DNA of 64,000 nucleotides from the human T2T-CHM13v2.0 reference genome, Homo sapiens. The notes beneath the pieces are model-generated. The model worked only from the letters and a program-made list of their open reading frames with translations. It was not told the origin of the DNA and made no database searches. The position numbers were made by a program, and so were the translations under genes. Location: the NCBI RefSeq assembly GCF_009914755.1, contig NC_060941.1. One strand, given 5' to 3'. This document shows positions 59,302 to 64,000 of the stretch, in pieces; position 1 is the stretch's first letter; each line of letters starts with the position of its first letter.

Positions 59302-60626
59302 GTACGTCTGAGCTAGGATGCCTGTGGTGGGATCACTGCTGGCTTATTAATCGATCGTCCTGTTGTATAGCATGGCCATTCTATACTTTTCTAAGAATTG
59401 AGCACTGAAAGTTGGATTTAAAATAACCCATTCCATTATAGTGCATATAAGATCTCAGCTAGTCACTGATCAAACTTCTTAAAACCCAACCATTAGATCT
59501 TAGCTACAAACTTAGAAATAATTTGAAAACCCCAGAGCAGCAAAGAATCTAGGTCATAGCCTGTGTACTTTTTTTATGTATCTATATTCATCAACAAAAA
59601 CTTGAGTCTGCTGAAATGTTTTCAATAAAATGGTAAAACATAAATAGAAAATCAAATATACAGTATGTATGGGAACTGCAGCTGTAAATACTAGGGTGCA
59701 TTTCTGTTGGTTATTCCCCTCCATCCAAGCAGTCTGTCTTACTCCAAACTGGTGTCCCCATCGGGAACTCTTTACTGATGGACACACGAGTAAGGTGGAA
59801 GCAAAAATGATAACCATAGGAGGTAATCTCACTCTCAAGCATTAAATTTAACTCTGAACTTCCTGGTAGAATAAACAGCAAAGGAAATTCAGTAGGTTAT
59901 GTAGTTCTCTCTTGATAGGAAGCATTCTAAAAAGAAAAAGGAAACTATGTCTCATGGTTAACTTACGGAAAATCATCACACACTGCTGGCACCTTTCTTA
60001 GCAGGAGGGCTCTGCTGCCTGTAGCTGGTTGGTTTGGTTCTGTATGAATTTTTAACATCCACTCTGTTCTTCCGTAGTGAGGGTTTCAGACTAAAAGGAG
60101 GGAAGAGATAACAGCAAATTTGATAGCTAATCACAAAGACTCATAAGTTGTCCCCAAAAAGATTTATTAAGGGCAGCTTCCCATGGTATGGATATGTATT
60201 TTGTAAAGACTTCTTACTGGACAAACTGAAATTGTTCTTCAAGGGTTTCAATCTTTCAGGGCTGAAATTGTAGCTAACTGAAACAGTCACTGGCCAGGCA
60301 TGGTGGCTCACACCTGTAGTTCCAGCTACTTGGGAGGCCAAGGTGGGAGGATCGCTTGAGCCCAGGAGGTTGAGCCCTGATCACATCACTACACTCCAGC
60401 CTGGGCCACAGAGTGAGAAGTTGTCTCAAAAAAATAAATAAATAAATAAATAAAGTCATTGATTCTTACAGAATCCTAGACAGACCAAGTCTTACAATTC
60501 ATGTAACTGAATAGGGCAAGGCATTGGACCTAGAACAGAAGGTACATAGGGAGGCTTAGGGTATCTTCTGGTGTCTCTCAACTGGAGAGTATTCACTCGC
60601 TTCTTTGTTTCCTATTGTCCCCATAG

Positions 60627-60818
60627 GTGCTATCCCTGGAGGTCTAAGCATTGGGCCTCCAGGTAAGTCCTCCATTGATGACTCCTATGGCCGGTACGAT
60701 TTAATCCAGAACAGTGAGTCACCAGCCAGTCCTCCCGTAGCTGTTCCCCATAGCTGGTCACGTGCCAAATCTGACAGTGATAAAATCTCAAATGGCTCTA
60801 GCATCAACTGGCCCCCAG
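60627..60818 (+). CDS. TNRC6C: Coding exon, 192 nt (GAIPGGLSIGPPGK...NGSSINWPP), N-terminal half of PAM2
   Basis: ccatag|GT ... CCAG|gtaaga; phase 1-1. Confidence 0.95.
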
Positions 60819-61313
60819 GTAAGACCATGCAACACTTCTGTGCAACAGCAGCAGGTCAGAATGTGCTCCAAGCCTGCAGAGAGTGATTAGGCTGAGAGGA
60901 CCCAGAATCTGAGCTAAGGATCTGGAAGCGTTAAGCCCAGAGCTTTGGCATTTTCCTTGGAAATCCATTTGTCAGATCAATTTTGGGTATGGTTAGCATC
61001 AGGCATTTTTCTGTAAACCCTTAGTTCAGCATGAGGAGTGGAAGGGGTGGCAGGGAGGAAGCACACTGCAGACTATCCGGTAAAACTATTCCAACCCTGT
61101 GTGAAAACTAGCTTAATATGATAGCTGTGATACCTGGTTCTAGTTTGTTCCAAAGGATTGATTGCTTTAATGAAAGAGAGTATAAGGTGTACCTCTAATT
61201 TAATTAGCAGATTATAAAAATTTCTACAAACAGGACAAAACATCTTCTAAAATTTCGTGAATCAATGTGCCGGTGTTCTGATCTGTGGCTTCTCATTTTG
61301 GTTTCTTAAACAG

Positions 61314-61457
61314 AATTCCATCCGGGAGTTCCATGGAAAGGACTGCAGAATATTGACCCTGAGAATGACCCTGACGTCACTCCTGGCAGTGTCCCCACTG
61401 GGCCTACCATCAACACCACCATCCAGGATGTCAACCGCTACCTCCTCAAGAGTGGAG
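61314..61457 (+). CDS. TNRC6C: Coding exon, 144 nt (EFHPGVPWKGLQNIDPENDP...LLKSG), C-terminal half of PAM2
   Basis: aaacag|AA ... GGAG|gtgagg; phase 1-1. Confidence 0.95.
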
Positions 61458-61618
61458 GTGAGGGTGCTGCTCTTCCTGCCTCTGCATGGACGGTCTCTCT
61501 AGACCCATTTGGAGATGTCAGGGGTGACAGGTTGGGCTGTGAGGCAGGGATGATACAAGGCACAGTTGGCGGGCACCTTTTCTAGTCACCTGAAGCAGCA
61601 TGAAAAGACAGCAGGTAG

Positions 61619-61942
<324 letters not shown>

Positions 61943-62132
61943 TAATGTCTTATCATAGAAGTGCCATCTCTGATAAAGTTTTATCACAGCATGCTATTTT
62001 GTGGAAGGAAGAGCTAGATTGCCATAGGTACTATCACTAATAAGGCCACCTAGATAGTTCCCAAAACATTGAATTTCCCACTTGAAATATGACTCATTGG
62101 AGCCATGTGTTTTGTGTTTGCTTCTTTTGTTT

Positions 62133-62432
62133 CTTTTTTTTTTTTTTTTGAGACAGATTCTCGCTCTCTTGCCCAGGCTGGAGTATAGTGGCGTGATCTT
62201 GGCTCACTGCAACCTCCGCCTCGCAGGCTCAAGTGATTCTCATGCCTCAGCCTCCCGATTAGCTGGGACTACAGGCGTGCACCACCACACCCAGCTAATT
62301 TTTTCTATTTTTAGTAGAGATGGGGTTTCACCATGTTTGCCAGGCTGATCTCGAACTCCTGACCTCAAGTGATCCGCCTGCTTTGGCCTCCCAAAGTGCT
62401 GGGATTACAGGCGTGAGCCAGTGTGCCTGGCT
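62133..62432 (-). mobile_element. AluS
   Basis: Full antisense dimer. Confidence 0.93.
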
Positions 62433-63454
62433 GCTTCTGTGGTTCTTTAAAGTGATAGGCTTCTAAATGTGCCTGTGGTTTGGCTGGAAAGCCAACATAA
62501 GTACAGATTGCCCTTTCTGTTTAATGCTGTGTATTCCTTGGGGTTACACAGCTGCTTTTTGGATGCAGCTGCGTTTCGGAACAGGGATGTTACGGGTGTC
62601 CCTGCTGTCAGACACAGCCAAGTGGTGCAGGAAAAGGAGCCGTGTAAGATGGCAGAGGACAGGTGAGGCGCCAGCCAGAATCAGAGACCCAGCCCTCCCC
62701 ACTTGTCACACCTGGTGGGGCACCAGGGTTGTGCCAGACAGGAAAATTAGCATATTTTGAGGGATGTGGAGAAGTGGGATGCAGGTTGTACAGATCCAAG
62801 TCATAAGGGAAGTTGGAAAGAATCGAAGTTGCATGGCAGAGCTTCCCGAGTGGTGCCCAGATGAAGCATCAGGTAGCCCCTTAGCCTCCAGGCAGAACCA
62901 GGGCCACTGGGAGTGGCCTCAGCCATCGCCTGAGTGTGCCATGGTGTGAAGAAGATGGCCCGAGAAACACGTGACAGCTGTCCTCAAGCTCCACATGCAG
63001 CTGTCCTCCAGCTCCATAGCCTGCCCAGTTAAGGAGATCAACTTGCGGGGAGGGCAGAAGAGAACCTAAGCCTAGGAAATGCATTGGCCTTTGAGATAAG
63101 GCAAGGAAATGGCATCTCCAGCCCTGAGCCTAAGAACCAGCCAGCCAGCCAACCTGCCAACCGGGGTGACTTGTAGCTCCAAGTGAACATCGTTTGACTT
63201 CCCGGGTGCTCGACGTTTGGGTCTTGAGCCTGCCCTGGCACTTGTACACAGACATCAGTATTCAGCAGTAGCCAGTTCATGTGGCTCATGCCAGGCCTCC
63301 CCTTCAGCTCGTGACCAGCACGAGGAACCTTGTTGCTCCACTCTGGTACCTCTCTTGGTTGTGTTTAGGGATACATTAGGGTTTGTTATTGAAAGAAAGG
63401 GGAGTACAATGAACATCTCTTCACGTAGAAATTGCTAACCAGAAAGCACTAGCA

Positions 63455-63755
63455 GGCCGAGCACAGTGGCTTACACCTGTAATCCCAGCACTTTGGGTGG
63501 CCAACGTGGGAGAATCACTTGAGGCCAGGAATTTGAAACCAGCCTGGGCAATATAATGAGACCCTGGCTCTACAAAAAATTAAAAATGAAAAAATTAGCT
63601 GCGTGTGGTGGCACACGTCAGTGGTCCCAGCTACTCAGGAGGCTGAGACAGGAGAATCACTTGACCTTGGGAGGTCAAGGCTGCAGTGAGCTGTGATTGG
63701 GCCACTGCACTCCAGCCTGGGTGACAGAGCAAGACTTCGTCTCAAAAAAAGAAAA
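63455..63755 (+). mobile_element. AluJ, abutted by a short antisense Alu 5' fragment (~63756-63805)
   Basis: Diverged dimer. Confidence 0.88.
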
Positions 63756-63819
63756 GGCCTCCCAAAGCGCTGGGATTACATGCGTGAGCCAGTGCGCACG
63801 GCCGAGCTGACACCCTTTT

Positions 63820-64000
63820 AAAGTAAAGACCTTCTTGAGGGAATTAACACAGGAACAGAGAACAGACAGCTCACACGTTCCCACTTACAAACGGGAGCCC
63901 AACACCGAGTTCACACAACACAAAGAAGGGAGCAGCAGACACCGGGGCCTGCTGTAGGGTAGAGGGTGGGAGGAAGGAGAGGATTCAGAAACTGCCTGTG
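63820..64000 (+). mobile_element. L1 3'-end fragment
   Basis: ACAGGAACAGA..ACA...CACGTTCCCACTTACAAACGGGAGC...CACAAAGAAGGGA. Confidence 0.6.

Overview
Human-type (Alu-rich primate) genomic DNA covering the interior of TNRC6C (GW182 family miRISC scaffold), transcribed on the + strand. I reconstructed 14 coding exons with GT-AG boundaries and consistent phases. They run from the 2.6-kb GW-rich Argonaute-binding exon through the UBA, Q-rich and CIM-1 regions to the PAM2 motif. Both ends of the gene lie outside the window. The introns hold more than 35 Alu/FLAM copies, L1 and MIR/L2-like fragments, Tigger/hAT DNA transposons, two LTRs, a U6 pseudogene and a CpG-rich putative internal promoter (~8.3-9.1 kb). 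Four observations stand out. (1) A Tigger3-derived decamer VNTR in the intron after the big exon forms a sense-strand array of ~32 miR-199-3p seed sites, 11 of them perfectly complementary to miRNA nt 1-13; intron read-through there would give an AGO-binding-only protein. (2) A perfect in-frame donor inside the pre-PAM2 exon would swap SINWPP|EFHPGVPWKG for LSIGPP|EFHPGVPWKG. (3) Two stop-free symmetric GW exons sit between inverted Alus. (4) There is an 87-nt pre-miRNA-like hairpin. All functional readings are untested hypotheses. Repeat subfamily calls and repeat boundaries are approximate and made from memory of consensus sequences.
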